Part shown: one piece after another, positions 34,779 through 47,729 of the stretch
Layout: each line of letters starts with the position of its first letter
How positions within the stretch are numbered: the first letter of the stretch is position 1
From: Lama guanicoe
Taxonomy: Eukaryota
Direction: 5' to 3'
Assembly (NCBI GenBank): GCA_013239625.1
Contig: MU055600.1
Coordinates: forward strand, 21,403,520 to 21,467,519
DNA length: 64,000 nucleotides
Position numbers and translations under genes: made by a program
Notes under the pieces: model-generated
The model's database searches: none
What the model saw: the letters and a program-made list of their open reading frames with translations, nothing else
Told to the model about the DNA's origin: nothing

Positions 34779-35179
34779 GAAGACTGGGATCAACACGAAG
34801 ACGCCCCCCACCCCGTAGGTGGGAACCCAGTGCCCCCACTAAAGGGAAAGACAACGGAAATCCAGACCAGCCAGGGCTGCCTGCGACGGGCACACAGCCA
34901 GAGGACACCCCGACCCTCTGGCCTCCCGAGCACAGCCCTGTGGGGCCTGCCCCTCCCAGCCGCCAGCTCTCGGGCAGCCTCGAGGCTAATTGCTTGGCAA
35001 GGATTCCACCAGGGGAGAGTAAAGGCCTGGAGCCGGCTCTGGGCTGCAAGATAGGGCGTCTCCAGCCCAGAGCTTATCAGCACACGGCTGGGTCGGGATC
35101 CGGTAATTAGAACAACATGCCCAGAGCAGCGCGGGCATCTGCCCGCCCGCTCACGCCCCCAGACGGCCGCCGGCTGGCA

Positions 35180-35365
35180 GCTTCAGAAAAAGAAGAAATT
35201 CCAGTAAGGGATTAATGACTTAATTATAAATGTGGCTTGGAAATGGAAAGGTTGCTAAGAGAAGGAAAAGATACATGCTAATAAGGACACGCTGTTAACA
35301 ACGGAATAAAGACTCGTTGTTGGCGCCGCTGTAAACTTTTCCAAGTTGGGTAATAAAAACCACCC
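35180..35365. promoter_or_regulatory. Candidate enhancer / conserved non-coding element
   Basis: GGGATTAATGACTTAATTATAAA, ATGCTAAT, GTAATAAAA. Confidence 0.5.
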
Positions 35366-35769
35366 GGCCTTGGGAGGGCTGGCTGCCGCGGCAGCTAGCA
35401 CGGCGTCCTCCCCACTGCTGGTCACGCTCCCTGCAGGCAGGGGTTTGCTGTACAATCGGCCAACAGGCCTCGAACCACCTAGGAAGTGCTGGGTCTGTGC
35501 CCATTTGTCAGAAGGGCACACCGAGGCTTGGGGCAGCCATCAGGTGTTGTCAGGCCCACGGGGTGAGTCTGACTCAGAGCATCTGAAGGCCCATCAATGG
35601 GAGAACCAGACAGAGCCAAAAGGAAGCAGGGATTCTGGGAGGGGACTTCAGCCATCGCAGGTCAAAGACACGGTCCTCCCACCCTCGAGGCTACAGATGT
35701 CGCCCCGAGCTCGGAGCACGGCGGCTGCGGTGGTGGCCTGTCACTCACCCACCGGAAGACTGTCGCTTG

Positions 35770-35960
35770 GAGTGGTTCCCTGTGTCAGGGGTTATCAGAG
35801 GTGCATTATCCACATGAAGTTCATCTTTACAAACCTCTTAGGGAGCATTACTGTCTCCCCGTGTCCCTGACAAAGAAACAGGCTCAGAGAGGCTGAGAAG
35901 TGTGCCCCAGGGCCCGGAGCTGCCGGGGCAGAGCCAGGACGCACAGCGTGGGAGCAGAGG
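35770..35960 (-). mobile_element. MIR SINE
   Basis: GAAACAGGCTCAGAGAGGCTGAGAAGTGTGCCCCAGG. Confidence 0.7.
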
Positions 35961-36469
35961 CCGAAAGGACCCCGGGCACCGAGCTGCTTTCCTGCTTAGA
36001 CCAGAGGCTCCTGGAGGGCAGGGCCTGGCCCTCCTCACACACGTCTCAGACGCAGCGCTCCAACCTCAAACCCTGGAGAAGCTTCTGCAGGGCCTGGGTC
36101 ACCAAGTCAAGCTTCTCTGTTAGCTGTGCCTGCGTGTCTGTCCCACTGCTTGCCCCGGAAGCGGCTTCCCAGAGTTTTCTAGAGGGCTCAATGCTCTGGG
36201 CAGCCATCTGAGGGCTGATGGAATGTGGGGAGGAGGGGGCAGCTCATCCCACCTTCGCCTTCTCTCTTCTGCCCCCAGTGTAGGAATCCTGGAATTCAGT
36301 GGCGTGGAGCAGATCCTGGCAGGTGGTGTCGGGGTCCCGGGTCCCCGGGGACTGGGTGGATGGCCCTACGGGATGGCTGCGGGGCAGCCAGGCACTCTAG
36401 GGAGAGGGGAGGAAAGGTCCCCCCGAAGGAGATGGGAGGCAGAAGGTTCTCGGGCTCAGCCAGCCCGTC

Positions 36470-36545
36470 CCATGATGTCTGCCCTGTTCACCTGGGGACC
36501 TAGTGCCTGGCACACAGTGGGTGATCAGCACGCACCAGTGGAATG
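36470..36545 (+). mobile_element. L2 3' end
   Basis: CCTAGTGCCTGGCACACAGTGGGTGATCA. Confidence 0.7.
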
Positions 36546-36789
36546 TGCAGCGTGTCAGAAGAGCAGCCTTAAGGTTGCTCAAGCTCGGCAGCGCTTGACC
36601 CCCTTAGCAATGCTGGGATCCGCTGCCAGCTTGCACCCCTCCAAGGACAAAGCGCTCCCTCCATCCTGGGGCGGCCCGTGCACAGTGGTCAGAGACTCTT
36701 CACGTCCTGAGCTGGAGCCCACCCCTCTCACCACTGCGCCCGTGCCCTCAGAGCCACCAGAGCCAGTGTGCTGGATCCACAGGAGACAG

Positions 36790-36900
36790 CAGAGCCGCTT
36801 CCCTGAGCTGTGTGATCCTGCCACACTTCTGAGCCTCTCTGAGCCCCAGCTTCCTCATCTATGGAATGTGGAGAACACCTTGCTGTCAAAGGTGGACACA
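36790..36900 (+). mobile_element. MIR SINE
   Basis: GCTGTGTGATCCTG..CCTCTCTGAGCCCCAGCTTCCTCATCTATGGAATG. Confidence 0.75.
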
Positions 36901-37269
36901 CTTACACACAGCCACCCGGCACCAGATGGACTGCCTCCTTCAGGTGCTCCAGTGCCCACCGGCTCCTCCCAGACCGAGCACCCAGTCCCCGCTTGTGAGT
37001 GGCCTGACTTGTCATGGTGCCCAGTGGACCCCCCATCTTGGCTCCTCTCGTCCCCGGCCAGGCCCGGGGCTCAGACTGACCCCAACACGGGGCATCTCTG
37101 GTCTACCCTGCTCCCCAAGGCCATGCCCGCCAGCCCTTCCGGCTGCCCCAGGAACTGCCACTGGGGGAAAGGGGGAGAGAATGAGGAAGGGACGGGGCTT
37201 CTGGGGACACCCAGTGGGGGAGCACCCAACAGGGAGGAAACGAGTGTGGGCCCAGCTGTGCTGGGGTGG

Positions 37270-37400
37270 AGCCCAGTCTCCGGTTCTGGTCAGCCTCCTC
37301 TGAGCCTCGGTTTCCCCGTCTGTAAAGTGGTGATAGCTCTTCATTTGCGGGTTGCTATGGAGACCGTCTGCAGCGGTCCTGGCTGAACAGTGCTGTTTCC
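37270..37400 (+). mobile_element. MIR SINE
   Basis: CTCTGAGCCTCGGTTTCCCCGTCTGTAAAGTGGTGATAG. Confidence 0.8.
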
Positions 37401-37749
37401 ATTGTTAAGTGTGCGCCCAACTGCCGTGGCACCTGATTGAGGGGCCTGGGGCCTTTCTGCTTTGCTTTGTTTAACTAGTATTTTTGAAGAGACCTTTGGA
37501 ACCCACAGGAGTCCTGGCCCCAAACCAGGCCTCAGGCAATGGGCGCTCAGGCCTCCCAGCTCCAAGGCCTGCAGGTCTGTCCCTCCGGGCCGTGGCCCCG
37601 GGCCAGCTCCAGCCCAAAGCGGGTCAGCCCTGCCATCAGCTGTCTCCCGGGAAAGGGGGGATTGGCAGGGGCAGAAGAAGGGGCGAGAGCAAAGGAAAGG
37701 CTGGGGGCGGGGGGCGGCTCCTCTGAAACGGGGAACTGGCGAAGTCTCC

Positions 37750-37880
37750 CTCTGATTAGACCGGCTGCAGTTTTAATCAGCTTCCTCACCAAAGCCTGTT
37801 TGCATGTTTTCTATCATCCAGCCAACACGTTAATTAGGAGCTTAATACTGATAATGACTTTCACTTTGGGGACGTTAAGA
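37750..37880. promoter_or_regulatory. Candidate enhancer / conserved non-coding element
   Basis: TGATTAG, TTAATCAG, GTTTGCAT, TTAATTAG, ATAATGA in ~130 bp. Confidence 0.45.
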
Positions 37881-40309
37881 GGGAGGGGCGGAAAGGTGGA
37901 GGGGGCAGCCTGGGGTCGGGCAGGTCACCTGCACCGGGAGGGCCGACGGTTCCTCCCCGCGAGCCGGCCCAGAGCAGGTCGGGGGAGTGCTGCTTCCCGG
38001 CTCCTGCCCTGCCTGCGTTCCCCGCGCCTCGGCACTGCCTGGGGTCCCCACTGCACCCTAGCAGGGAGCAGAGCAGGGGAGGGGTGGGAGCCCGAGGGGC
38101 CCCGAACCCCTCTGAACACCCAGCTTGACGCCCAGAGCCCCACGCAGGGAGCACCCCAGCCGGTCTCAGGCTGAGCGCCAGCTGTCCTTCCTGTCCCCTG
38201 AGGCCTGGGGCTGGGGCTGGGGGGGCTCCTGCGAGTCCACATTGTTCCCACCTTTCAGCCGAGGCTGTCCAGAGCCAGCGCGCCCCTGGCCCCCCCATCA
38301 CAGGAGTCCCCCAGGGCATGAGGAACCAGGCCCCCCACTGCACACCCTCCCATCTGGTTCCCAGGAAGGCACCTCCTCCCAACTCATGATCACATACCAG
38401 GAAGGAACCTTAGACATCAGCCAGCGAGCCTCCGCCCTCCCTGGCATCGTAGCCAGCCTCAGCTCGTACATTCTGTGACAAGGCCCTCACACCCACTGCT
38501 GCTGCCTGGCCACCAGGCAGCTTGGGTTCCTCTTTGCTTGGGGTTAAGATACTCCTGGTTTGCAGCGTTAAGTCACTGGACCCAGCCCTGCCCTCCCAAG
38601 ACACAGGTGTAGGCTCTCCTCCATCAGGGAAGTTCACGCGGAGCAATTTGAAGCCAGCTGTCCTGGGCCCCTGGGTCTTCCTTTCAGGCTCTGTGGCCGC
38701 AGCCTCCAGACGGGGCCTGGCAGGCCTGGTGCTGCAGCTGTGGGTGCTTCGCGAACACCCACGATGCGCCAGGCACCGAGTCCAGGCACCCTCCACAAGC
38801 GTGTCTGAGCCCGAGCCCTCCCCGCGAGCTTGCCAGGCAGGGCTCGGTCTCCCCTCTTCACAGCCGAGAGAATGAAAGCTCAGAGCCCTGAGCATTACCT
38901 GAGGCTTCTCATGACTTAGTCACCAGGAGAGGCTCGGCCTCGTCTTAGTGTCGCACCCCACGGTCTTCCTAAAAGAAGTCCCCGGGATGGTTCATGCAGC
39001 TGCTTCTCATCCAAGCTGCGTGCAGGGAGCCCTGCCATCTTCCCCGTTCTGAGGGGAGAGCCTGAGCCTCGCAGAAGTCAGGGACATCGCCCTTGGTCCG
39101 GGACTGCCCTCGGGGCAAGAACCGCCAGCCTCTTGGGACCCTCGCAGGGCACCGCCCACCAGTCCGGGGGCTTGGATGACGCTGGCTTATCGCATTTGCA
39201 GGGGGGCGGTGGAGCTGGTCCCCCAGTGAGGACTGGCTCCTCCTCTCCTGGCCCCTCTTTAAAGTCCCCGGCCCATCTCTGCAGCTCACCTGCAGGGAGA
39301 GGCTAGTGAACCCTTTTAACTGCAGCCAGAGGACTTGGCCATGTTCCATTGCCTGGGGTCAGACGCGTTGCGCGCCTCCCAGCCAGCCACAGACAAGGCG
39401 ATTACGAGCTAATTAACTCTGGTTCCAGAACCCCAGGTGAGCACTGACCAGGGGTAACCCTGAAGGCGGCTCCCGGGAAGGCGTGGGAGCAGGGACCCAC
39501 CTCTCCTTTATGGTCACAAAAGAGGGATTCTTTTAAATGGCAGGGGGCCCTGACTCCTCCGCCAGCCTGCGGTTGTTACCCGGTGGCTGGAACAGGGTCT
39601 TGGACCATAGAGGGTCAGGCTGGGGCCGTGGCTGTTGCAGAAAAGGAGACGAGCCCTGGGCGTGGGGTGCGCCCGGGCCTCCTGAGGGTCTGTGGCAGGC
39701 GGGGCAGGGGCGACCATCCGGCCGTGGGCCTCTGGCTCTTACCAGCTCGCAGAATCGGCAGAGGGGTTTGGGTTATTCGTTAGTTTGGTTTGCCTGGGGG
39801 TCCAGCCCTCGCGCTGGCTGCCAACCAGGCTGTTACCTGGCTTCTTCCAGACACTCAAATTCTCTTCCTTTGATGACGTTATTTACAGTTTAGATGTCAG
39901 GCCCAACTGCTGAGGGGTGCGGGGCCCCAGCACCGCTGCCTGGCACGTGGGGGGCCCCAGGTGAGGAGAAGCAGGGTAGGGGAGAGCTGGGGCGGGAGGG
40001 CCGCTGGTGGTGGCAGCCCCGTTGACTTGTTACGTAAACACCTGGTTCAGTTATTCGTCCTCCTCCCCACCCGCCGCTAATCACTCCTGACTGGCTGGTT
40101 CATGAATATTAAACCCAGCTCCCCTGCTGGAGCATCCCAGTGGTGGCAAACTGGCCTCCAGGGGAGAGAGGAGGGTCCGAGCCCCACCTTTAGTGGGTCC
40201 TGGGGCCTCAGAAGGAAGCCTTGGGGGCCTCCCTTCCGCGTACTTAACACGGGGTGGGCTCAGTCAGTCCACGGAGACAGGGCCTGCTTCTGTGGAGACA
40301 CCAGAGCAC

Positions 40310-40480
40310 ACGCAGACTTGACTGACTGCCTGCCCTGAGACAAATGATTCCACTTCTCTGGGTCTCAGTGTCCTCATCTGTAAAACAGTATAGCAACTTT
40401 GACCTCATCCATGGCCGTGACTCAACCGACACGTGTAAACTGTGCCTGTACCATACGTGCAGTTAGGAACTCCTGCTTAA
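40310..40480 (+). mobile_element. MIR SINE
   Basis: CTTCTCTGGGTCTCAGTGTCCTCATCTGTAAAAC. Confidence 0.75.
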
Positions 40481-40632
40481 TCCTCTTTGCAGGCTGCGAA
40501 CCCAAGCTTGCCCTCCGGGAGCCCAAGGCCTGGTTTCCGGGGTCTTCTGCCGAGGAGGAGGGGGCCCTGGGCCCGGGGGAGGTGTGGCGGGCTTCCTGGC
40601 AGAGGTGGGCTGGGCATGGACTGCAAAGATTA

Positions 40633-40742
40633 CATTCCTTCATTCACTCACTCAGCACACACTTACTGAGCACCTACTCTGTGCCAGGCACTTGGAATAT
40701 AGCTGTGAACAAAGGAGCCCAGAGACACTGCCCTTGGGAGCT
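40633..40742 (-). mobile_element. L2 3' end
   Basis: CATTCCTTCATTCACTCACTCAGCACACACTTACTGAGCACCTACTCTGTGCCAGGCAC. Confidence 0.88.
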
Positions 40743-41138
40743 TGCGCTGGTGGATTAAAGGCAGGCTCCGCTCCCCGCCCCCACCGGCCTCAGGGACTTG
40801 TCCAATAGAACAAGGCAGAAGTGATGTTCTGAGACCAGGTCAAAAGAAGTCAGCTTCCATTTGTACCTCTTTAGAACACCCACTCTGGGAGCCCCAGGCC
40901 CCCCGTCCTGCCCAGCATGACCCCCGCCCTCTCGCCAAGGTGTGTGTGGGGTGTGGGCGGCCAGCTCGGACGTCCCATCCCAGCCACCCACTGAAGACCC
41001 CGGAGCATGTGAGACCAAAGAGCCCCCAGCAAGCCTCGCCTGAGTGCCTCACGCACAGGATGGTGAGACATGAGTAACAGAAGGTTAGTTTTAAGCTATA
41101 AAACTTCTGGAAAGAGTATCTTACAGATGACAAGCACA
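40743..41138 (+). mobile_element. MLT1G/H-like MaLR LTR
   Basis: TGGTGGATTAAAG..CCAATAGAA..GGCAGAAGTGATG..GTTTTAAGCTATAAA. Confidence 0.7.
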
Positions 41139-42459
41139 TTATATGGGGGAAGCTGGACTGCCAGACACCAAAGAACGAGCCTCTTCGACGGTGACGAGCG
41201 CTGCCCTGGACAGCAAGGGAAGGCCAGGAAGGGGGAGTGTGGCTGAGCCTGTGAGCGTGTGTGCACGCGTGATGTTAGTGCACCCAGGGAAGCACGCACC
41301 TGGGGGGTGACAGCTGGGCAAAGACCCAGGTTGCTGAGAAAATGCACTGAGCTTGGAAGGGAGTCCCAGGAGAGGAAAGAGCTGGTGCAAAGGTTCTGCC
41401 TCAGGGGTGCACCTGACTTGACCCTGGAGCCGGCGGGGCTGGCGTGGGGCGGCCGCAGCCTGCTCGCCCACACAGCACCTCCCTCCCCAGCAGCCGGCTT
41501 GCACGATGGTCCCATCGCCTGCCTGCAGGTCTCGCCCGCTAGGAGCAGTGACCATCCCCTACCAGCAGCGTTCCCATTCCACAGACTGGGAAACTGAGGT
41601 CCAGAGAACGCTGAGCCCAGAGGCCCGCAGCTTCACTGGGAGAGCTGAGAGGTCTCTCTGCAACTGCAGCCTCCTCTCTTCTCCCTTCCTTCCAGAACGC
41701 CTCACCCGCACCCTGCCCCCTGGCTCCAACATTCTCCCCTGGGGCCTGCCCTGCCTGCTGAAAAGCTGCCCCAGGTGGACCCTCCAAGGGAGTCCCCAAG
41801 GCTCAACCTGAGGACCCCCACCCCTGTTCCTGTGCTGAAAATGTAAGGCCATCTGGTCCACTCGGGAGGTCGACAGTCGGGGGTGGCTCTGAGGTGTGAG
41901 AAGTCAGAGGAAAGCACTTACACAGACTGAGCATCTCCCAGGACGGGGGCCGCCCCCTGGGAGGTGAGACCCACCGTTGCTGGCGCTGAGTGGGCACTGA
42001 CTGTGCGCCAGGCCGTGGTGGCTCCGTCATCTCAGGAACCATCACCCCTCTGAGGTCAGCGCCGTGATGTCCCAGCTCACAGATGGGGAAACTCTCGGCC
42101 CAGGGTCTTCCCATGAGGAGGCCGCGGTGGGCTTCCGCTGCCACCGTAGGTAGGCCTCAGATGAAAAGACAGGAGACCTTCCAGAACTCTCCAAGTCATG
42201 CCACGAAAAGGACCTCCTCCTCCTCCGCAGCCAGGCCTAGGCGAGCCCACAGGGAGCCCAGCATGAAAACAAAGCAGGGTAAACGCTGGCAGGGTTGTGG
42301 GGTGAGAGTGCGGGAGAGACTGACTCCATTCCTCCAGACAGCGACAGAGGACAGGGAAGGGGGCGGGCTTGACAAGGTCAGTCCTCTGTGCGCCCGCGCT
42401 CACCAAGCCCAGAGCAGGAGAGAGAGGATGCCTCTGTTGGCTGAGGTCGGTGTTGTTAA

Positions 42460-42682
42460 CAATTTATTAAGGATGATAACTACATAGTCGACATTGATTG
42501 AACCCCCCACCCCCACACCAGCCTCTCATCGCAGCTCGTTAACTCCTCACAAACAGTAGTGACGGCCACTTTACATTGTGGCTCAGAGAGGTCAAGTACC
42601 CTGCCCAGAGTCACACAGCCCCCGACAGACCAAGCCCAGCTCTTCCCCATCCCCAGGCCCCTGCTCTTCCCCACTGTACTCT
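42460..42682 (-). mobile_element. MIR SINE
   Basis: GGCTCAGAGAGGTCAAGTACCCTGCCCAGAGTCACACAGC. Confidence 0.8.
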
Positions 42683-42879
42683 GTATGGAAGAACAGTTGC
42701 ATTTAGCCGTTCACAAGCCCTGAGGGGTGTGATCTAAAGTAACGGCGAATTCGGGGCGTCCGTCTTCAGGACTCCCAGCTACAGAGGGCTTGGGTTTTAT
42801 TTGTGCGCGGCCTGGTCTGAGCCTCACAGGAGGCCCTTGACGTTAACGTCACCCTTTTTACAGGCGGGCGGGCCGAGGG

Positions 42880-43110
42880 CCCCAGCTCCCCAGGGTCTCA
42901 GCGGTACCTGTGCAGCCGGGACGGGAGCCGCCGCCGCCGCCCCTTCTCCGGGCGTGTGCCCGCCCGGAGGGCCGCACCCGGGACCGACCGCGCTCCGCCA
43001 GAGGGCCAGGCGGGCCCTGCGGAGAGGCCTCCGCTCAGCTCGGACCTCTCCTAACCCGAGGTCGGGCGGGGCTGGGCTGGGGGCCCCGACTCACTTCACG
43101 CCCCGCAGCA
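42880..43110. other. Short CpG-rich segment
   Basis: Dense CpG and a GCCGCCGCCGCC run, next to an AT-rich island at 43110-43280. Confidence 0.5.
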
Positions 43111-43544
43111 CCGCAAATAAAAATGCCTTACATGCTTTTTTAAAAAAACGACTTAAAAGGAAAAAGAAGGTCACGATGTGGCACTTCAAAGCAGTCCCCA
43201 GCGGACCGGATCCCTAGTAATTAAGGAGAAGGAAATAATAAAGAGATGCTTTCATCGTCTGTTTGGCAAAGAGTTAAAAGCCAGCACCTGGAGTGGGGGG
43301 GCGGGGCTGGTCGGCTGGGGGGGTTCAGCGCGCGCAGCGCCCCCTCCCTCCTCGGGTCCCCCTCGTCTCCACCCGCTGGTGGGGCCCGTGGACTCGGAGA
43401 CTGGACGCGACGGCCGATGCAGTACGGCATTCTGTATGAGGGACTCCTCGAATTCTGGCCTCGAGGGGTCCGAGGGCCCAGTCCCCCAAGGACAGGAGGG
43501 ACGACTGTAAGTGATCTCTTCTGAGAATCACATGGGCACACAGG

Positions 43545-43800
43545 CTGAAGGCGGGCCCTTCTGGCCCTTCAGCCGGCAAGTCCGCTCCCAGGAAGGCAGC
43601 CTTCAACCGCCCAAGTGTGCCGAGGTGTCTCTGCAAATACCTTGGTTGCAGTGATGTTTGTAACCACGAAAAATTAGACAATACTTGAATGTTGATTGGG
43701 GAACCCAGAAATTCATAAGTTAATTCAATGGAGTGGTAATACAGAACTGTGAAGAAGAATGGTGAATCTGCGTGCAACGGGGCACACGCACGAAGGGCGT
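43545..43800 (+). mobile_element. Old L1ME-like fragment
   Basis: TTGCAGTGATGTTTGTAACCACGAAAAATTAGACAATACTTGAATGTT..ATGGAGTGGTAATACAG..GAAGAAGAATG. Confidence 0.6.
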
Positions 43801-44454
43801 GCGACTGTCCCCGGGGGAGAACCGTCCCAGACCGTGTGACTCGTTACCTGGGAGGAGACTCACAGGCTTGAGGAGTTTTCTGCTTTCTGTGCAGCTGTTT
43901 GAAAAAGTTCACCTTGCCTTTTACATTTCCAGGCAGAAGAAAAACATGGTTTATAAATAAATGGTGAATTGAAACAGGAAAAAGGGTAGGTTCTGTGAAG
44001 CCAGAGGGCAGGAGGAGCGTGGTGAGGGCTGGGGACGAGGGGCATCTGAATCTAGAGGCAGCAGGGAAGGGGCTGGTGTGGGGCATCTCTGATGGGCTCA
44101 GCGCCCCACCCTCACCCCCGGGGCTCCCTGGGGGAGGGCACTGGAGGGAAGGGAGGAGAGCTGGCTTCACGGAGTGAGGCAGAAGGCAGGGTGGGGAGGA
44201 GGTCCCCGCGTGGAGGGCGAGCTGGGACCAGAAGGCCTGTCCCACACCTTAGGGTTTTACAGCTCGCACGGTCCAGGCACAGAGACGCGGAACAGAGAAA
44301 AGAAGACACCTGGGGCGCGGAGGCTGTCTGGCCCGGGTAGAGGCGCAGGGTGCAGGCGGTGATGGGGAGAGAGTAGCCCGGGCACAGGAGCTCGAGGCCC
44401 TGGGGGCCCACCTGGCCCTTAGATGCAGTGCTCATCGTGATGGGTCTGGGAAGA

Positions 44455-44720
44455 GCTGTTCTCCAAGGGCCAGACCCTCATTTCCAAATCTCTGAGGGTC
44501 AGGGCCAGAAACCTTCATTTTAACCCGATTCCCCCATGGTACTCTGCAGTCTGAGAATTAATGGTTTACAGGTTATAAAGCCCACCCTCTTTGTTTTAAA
44601 ATGGGGACACTAAAGCACAGAGAGGCTGAGCCACTTGCCCAAGGTCACACAGCCAGTGCCTTGCAGAGCCAAGCTAGAAGTCATGTGCTTGGTCTCCTGG
44701 AGTGTCCAGGGCTCTGTACT
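44455..44720. mobile_element. MER5-type fragment followed by a minus-strand MIR
   Basis: AATCTCTGAGGGTCAGGGCCAGAAACCTTCATTTTAAC; then CAGAGAGGCTGAGCCACTTGCCCAAGGTCACACAGC. Confidence 0.7.
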
Positions 44721-45467
44721 TTGTCTTCCTTCCTCCCTGGCCGGGCTGTGGTTGGGACCATCTGAGACCCCCGGCCCCCAGCACGGAGGTGGTGCACAGC
44801 CCACCTCCCTGCTGTTTCTCCAGCTCCACACCCTCCAGGCAAACACGGGAGGGAGCTTTGAGCCCACAGACTTCCGAGCCTGTACCTCAACTACCTCAGC
44901 TTGTTTTCCCGTAAATCAATTTCCCTAAATCAATGTGGAATCTACTTCAGCAGAAACATTAGCTGGCCGGGTCTGTCTTCTCGATTATGCTAGTGTTTTC
45001 TCGGTCAGGTCAGGGTTTCCTGGCCCTCCACACTTGCACGGCTCCCTTCCCAGGGGCTGATCGAAGATCACTGAAGGGTGAGGTCGGGGGTGGTACATAG
45101 TCAAAGGCCAGCCACCCGACTCTGATCCCTCTGCCGCCTCCCCCCGAGCCCCCCGACCCGGCCAGGCTGCCAGCGTGCCAGCCTGCAGCCCCCGAGCGCA
45201 GGTGTGGGTGGCTGTGCTGGGACGGGGGTGCCACAGAATGCCTGGTCCCGTCTGTTTAGACACCACAACCAACAGGCTGCTCCTCGTCTGGCATTGCCCA
45301 CCGCCGGGGGCGCCGTGTGGCGGTGGTGGTGGGGGCTTGGGGGACTGTGCCCATCTAAGGGGCAGGGTCTACCACCACCAGTTCCCCTGGGTGCAGAGCT
45401 GGTTGGGTGGGTGGGCCACAGGACCCCTCCTCTCTCTTTCATTATCTTCTCCCCACCCATGACTCGA

Positions 45468-45498
45468 CTCCACCCCACTCCACCCCACTCCACCCCAC
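45468..45498. repeat. (CTCCACCCCA)3 tandem repeat
   Basis: Direct read of the sequence. Confidence 0.9.
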
Positions 45499-46254
45499 AG
45501 CCGGAATCTCCATCACGCCTTGGATGGTGACAAAACCAGCTCAGCCAACGTCCCCTCCAAACTTACTGTCTACAGCTTCTGAAGCTCCAAAAGCCAGGAC
45601 CCTCTCCCCGTCACTCTCCAGCAGCTGTGGTCTGGCTGCCCTACAGGAGACAGGTGTATGGGGGGAAAGGAGGAGCCAGAAACACACATGGACCAAGGCT
45701 TTGCAAAGTCTGCCCTTCCCCTGCCTCCAAGATGCTCCTGCCCTGTGCCGGCCTCCTGCAGGAGCACCCACCCCACTCTGCCTGTCCCACTCCCCCTGGG
45801 GCCAGACCAAGGGCCACCACCTCCAGGTGCTCCTGATTGCCCTGAGGACCCCTCTTTAGAGCTCCCGGAGTCCTGGTGCCCTCAGCAGGTGCCACTCTGT
45901 GACCCGCTCATCTCAGCATGTCACGACTGCAGGGTGCCTGCACTGGGGCCTTGTGTGTGCACACTCGGGTCTCACCCGCCCCACGGGGCTTGGGGTGCCC
46001 GGCAGAGTGCTGCCGGTGTGAGCTGGGCTACCGTGGCGCCAGGAGATCAGCCTGGGCTGGGGGAATGAATCCCAACTCAGTGGACAATTCTCGGGGAGTA
46101 AGTCCCCTTTCTGGCCAGTCTCCTCGTCTGTAAAATGAGGAAGGGAGACCCTGTGTTCTGCAAGGCCGCCCCAGGGGACGTAATTCATCAGAACAGCACC
46201 AGAGCTGCGACGCATCCGGAACCTCCCCCTCCCCTAGTCTCTGGCTCTGCGCTG

Positions 46255-46680
46255 GGCAATTGAGAATTCAATAAATATTTAGCTGATTGATGTAAGCAAA
46301 ACATGAAAGTCACTGAAAGGGACGTTAAGCTTCCAAGAGACACTGGAACCGTCCGTGGTCTCTCTCGTGAATTCTCTCAGAGGGCAGAAAGCATAAATAA
46401 AGTAGGCGGCCGGGTTTTTTTCTCTTTAAAGTCAAAGGCCCATAAATCATGCATGTGCAAATTCATTTCATAATTAACATCGCTGGGTAGATGTCTGTGA
46501 AGGCTGTGCTTCAGCCGGGTGCGACGCTCTGTTAATTAAAGGCTTATTTTGTGATCGGAATCATTCTGTGGAAGCTACTTCACACGCACACGTTTGGTTG
46601 TTTTTCTTTAATGACCCACAGGCTCTGCAAAGTGAGTCAGCCGGCGGTGCCAAGCCGCTCCTGGCTTATTAGACTGCAAC
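46255..46680. promoter_or_regulatory. Candidate enhancer / conserved non-coding element
   Basis: TGATTGATG (PBX-HOX-like), CCATAAATCA (PBX-HOX9-like), CATAATTAAC, TTAATTAA. Confidence 0.55.
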
Positions 46681-47729
46681 CCTGTGTGCACTCCAGGGCC
46701 TCCATCTTCAGCCTGGCCAGTGCTGAGGGTGTCCTCAGAGTCACACGTGCCGCAGAGCAGGTGCTGGGGACAACGGAGGCCCCGAGACAGACAGCGATCT
46801 GCCCAGGGCCTCCCAGGAGACTGGCAGGACCCAGTCCGCGGGCCCCACTTCTAGCCAGCCCCCACTCCCCACGCTTTGCCCACACGCCCCCGGCCGTCTG
46901 GGGAGCTCTGGACTCGACTGCTGGGCTCTGTCTCGCAGTGAACGGCGCTCGGTCGGCAAGCCTGCTTGCCGCCTTGCCGAGTGCCCCCCGGAAGCAAGAA
47001 AATTGGAGAGAGACAGCTGGATGGAGTCCTAACTGTTTTAATAATGTTCGGCACCATGGCTGTTGCCGGGAGATTAGCAGGGAAATGTAACGGAGTGTAA
47101 TTTTTCCTAAGAATTCCATTAACAGAAGCAAATGGGCAGACGGAAGTGGAAGACGCGGGGTTGGGGGGAGACCGAGAGCTCTCTGGAGGCTTCCTTGGGA
47201 GGGAGTTTCTAGGCTCAGGACCTCAGCGAAAGCTCTGGGGTGTGAACCCCAGGTTCCCGTGGGCCTTCTCTGCTCTTTCTTACCCCTGCCTGTCATCCCT
47301 GGGGGGTAAACAAGGCAGGGCAAGGAGAACGGGAGACGTGGTTTAAATCTGTCCTGCTACTTGCTCACCGTGTGGCCTTAGGTGAGGGGCGTAGCCTCTC
47401 TGAGCGTGGGCGTCATCGCCTGTAACTAGGAGTATCCATGCAGTGCCATTCCGAGGATCCAGGATGAGCGAGACCTGATATAAGGGGCCCGGAATGGATG
47501 CTTGTCTGGTTAGCTCCCCCAGCGTCCACCCTCCAGCACACCTGGACCTGTACCATCCACCTCTCGCGCTCCACTCTATGTCGGGGCCTCCTCCCTGCAG
47601 GCCGAGGACAGTGCCGGACAGGGCAAGACGTAGTCCCTGCCTCTGGGTGCTTGCAGGCTGCTGGGAAGCCAGACACTTACATCCACTTTTCTCCCTCCTG
47701 GCTGCAGACTTGAGATGCTACAGATATGT

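Noticed and set aside
36223-37386. Longest ORF (387 aa)
   Set aside because: It runs through an L2 end and two MIRs (LSLSEPQLPHLW and LSLGFPVCKV are MIR translations), is Pro/Gly/Ser-biased and has no recognisable domain. Stop codons are scarce in GC-rich DNA.
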